A stretch of 64,000 bases of DNA from Dehalococcoidales bacterium (GTDB lineage: Bacteria > Chloroflexota > Dehalococcoidia > Dehalococcoidales > JAUWZL01): the NCBI GenBank assembly GCA_034413595.1, contig DAOUMC010000026.1, forward strand, positions 1,320 to 65,319, written 5' to 3'. Below are positions 62,580 through 64,000 of the stretch, in pieces; position 1 is the stretch's first letter, and every line of letters starts with the position of its first letter. Below the pieces are notes generated by a model that worked only from the letters and a program-made list of their open reading frames with translations, did no database searches and had not been told where the DNA came from. A program made the translations under genes and the position numbers.

Positions 62580-64000
62580 TTATCCTTTTATCACGCCGAT
62601 TGGCCTGGTCCTGGCGACCATTCTGGAGATGCCGGCGTTGTGGGCAACACCGACCACCTGGGTTACGTCCTTGTAAGCCTCTGAGGCCTCCTCGGCAAGC
62701 CCGGAGATGCTGCCTGCCCGCACCGTTATGCCGCGGGCTTCGAGTGATTTAAGCACTTCCCGTCCGCTCAGGTGTCTCTTGGCGGCCGCCCGGCTCTGCA
62801 TCCGGCCGGCGCCGTGGCATGTGGAGCCGAAGGTATCCCTCATCGCCTGCTCGGTGCCCACCAGGACATAAGATACCCTGCCCATGTCACCGGGAATGAG
62901 GACTGGTTGGCCCACACGGGAATACTTCTCCGGGATGTCAGGATGACCCGGCGGGAAAGCCCGGGTGGCGCCCTTGCGGTGAACACAGAGTGTCTCCTCG
63001 TGACTGTCTAGCTGGTGCTCTTCAATCTTGGCTATGTTGTGGGTGACATCATAGACAAGCTCAAGGCCAGCATCAGCCTGGCACCTGCCCAGCACCTGAC
63101 AGAAGGCTTCCCTGACCCAGTGAGTGATGCACTGGCGGTTGGCCCAGGCGTAGTCGGCGGCACACCTCATGGCCGAAAGATAGGCTTTGCCTTCCGGGGA
63201 ATCTACCGGACTGCAGGCCAGCTGGCGGTCAGGCAGTTCAATGCCATACTTTGCCATGGCCGTCAGCATCTCCTTGATGTAGTCATCGGCCGTCTGATGT
63301 CCCAGTCCGCGTGAGCCGCAGTGGACAAGGAGCATGACCTGCCCTTTCCGGTCAATGCCCAGTTGGTTGGCGATATCAGGCTCGTATATCTGGTCTACCA
63401 CCGCTACCTCAAGGAAGTGGTTGCCGGAACCCAGAGTGCCCAGCTGGGGTATGCCCCTTTCCTTGGCCCGGCTGCTGACGCGTGAAGGGTCGGCACCAGG
63501 CATCTCGCCTCTCTCCTCGGTGGTCTCCAGGTCTTCCTGCCGGCCATAGCCTTTCTCCACCGCCCAGCGCGAGCCCTTGACCAGCACCTCGTCTATTTCA
63601 CCGGAACGCAGTCTTATCTTGCCCTTCGAGCCCAGACCGGAGGGGACGCTGCTGTAGAGGGCGTCAACCAGCTCCTTTATCTTGGGCAAGACCTCTTCCT
63701 GGTCAAGGTTGGTTCTCAGCAGGCGAACGCCGCAGTTGATATCAAAACCGACGCCGCCCGGTGAGATGACGCCGTCCCTTTTCCGCATAGCGGCGACCCC
63801 GCCTATGGGAAAGCCGTAGCCCCAGTGTATATCGGGCATGGCCAGGGAATAGCCGACTATGCCCGGCAGGTGGGCGACGTTGGTCACCTGCTCCGGCGCC
63901 TGCTCGTTCAGAATGTGCTCCAGCATCTCCCGGCTGGCGTAAATAAGCCCAGGCACCCGCATTCCCGGCTTGTAGCTCCTGGGTATGCGCCAGCGGTATT
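62580..64000 (-). CDS. rtcB: RNA-splicing ligase RtcB (5' end beyond the window)
   Basis: ...MRVPGLIYA...QVTNVAHLPGIVGYSLAMPDIHWGYGFPIGGVAA... and ...GSGNHFLE... The frame stays open upstream of the tracked Met (…YRWRIPRSYKPG-MRVPG) to the window edge, matching the N-terminal RtcB region. Confidence 0.95.
   Translation of the reverse strand, partial: YRWRIPRSYKPGMRVPGLIYASREMLEHILNEQAPEQVTNVAHLPGIVGYSLAMPDIHWGYGFPIGGVAAMRKRDGVISPGGVGFDINCGVRLLRTNLDQEEVLPKIKELVDALYSSVPSGLGSKGKIRLRSGEIDEVLVKGSRWAVEKGYGRQEDLETTEERGEMPGADPSRVSSRAKERGIPQLGTLGSGNHFLEVAVVDQIYEPDIANQLGIDRKGQVMLLVHCGSRGLGHQTADDYIKEMLTAMAKYGIELPDRQLACSPVDSPEGKAYLSAMRCAADYAWANRQCITHWVREAFCQVLGRCQADAGLELVYDVTHNIAKIEEHQLDSHEETLCVHRKGATRAFPPGHPDIPEKYSRVGQPVLIPGDMGRVSYVLVGTEQAMRDTFGSTCHGAGRMQSRAAAKRHLSGREVLKSLEARGITVRAGSISGLAEEASEAYKDVTQVVGVAHNAGISRMVARTRPIGVIKG

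Overview
The window is a gene-dense, moderately GC-rich bacterial chromosome segment with about 70 genes, dominated by housekeeping functions. The gene content suggests an anaerobic Chloroflexota/Dehalococcoidia-like organism: class V FBP aldolase/phosphatase, a double-cubane reductase with its activase, ETF, and many lipoproteins. That assignment is inference only. Recognisable blocks are listed below.

- **1-3.6 kb:** dnaN-rdgB-fbp-cobO.
- **9.4-11.5 kb:** a double-cubane-type reductase plus activase pair.
- **11.6-14.4 kb:** uvrC and a GTPase.
- **15-19 kb:** a Xer recombinase, pcm and an EF-G paralog.
- **19-23 kb:** etfBA-prmC-prfA.
- **26.5-30 kb:** hom-thrC and folE.
- **31-40.3 kb:** a pyrimidine operon, pyrR-pyrB-pyrC-carA-[insertion]-carB-pyrK, with a PyrR attenuator.
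- **40.5-44.7 kb:** pcrA, trmO, pyrE and lepB.
- **45.8-49.2 kb:** ribD-ribE-ribBA-ribH.
- **50-53 kb:** bioY, tRNA-Val(GAC) and an ABC-2 exporter.
- **55.7-59.7 kb:** a TAT/lipobox-targeted xanthine-dehydrogenase-family Mo enzyme.
- **60.5-64 kb:** an orphan ATP-synthase delta-like gene, marC and rtcB (truncated by the window end).

I saw no rRNA, CRISPR array or transposase.

The most notable non-obvious signals are these:

1. A peroxiredoxin-like gene split by an in-frame TGA that looks like selenocysteine (UxxC), with a SECIS-like hairpin.
2. An AT-rich two-nuclease cassette (NucS-like PD-(D/E)xK plus GIY-YIG) inserted between carA and carB.
3. Two families of short palindromic repeats at four or five intergenic loci. 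One of them supplies the only available 5' coding end of carA.
4. A promoter / roughly 125-nt RNA / terminator unit upstream of the Mo-enzyme operon.
5. A translationally coupled small-protein plus retropepsin-like protease pair.
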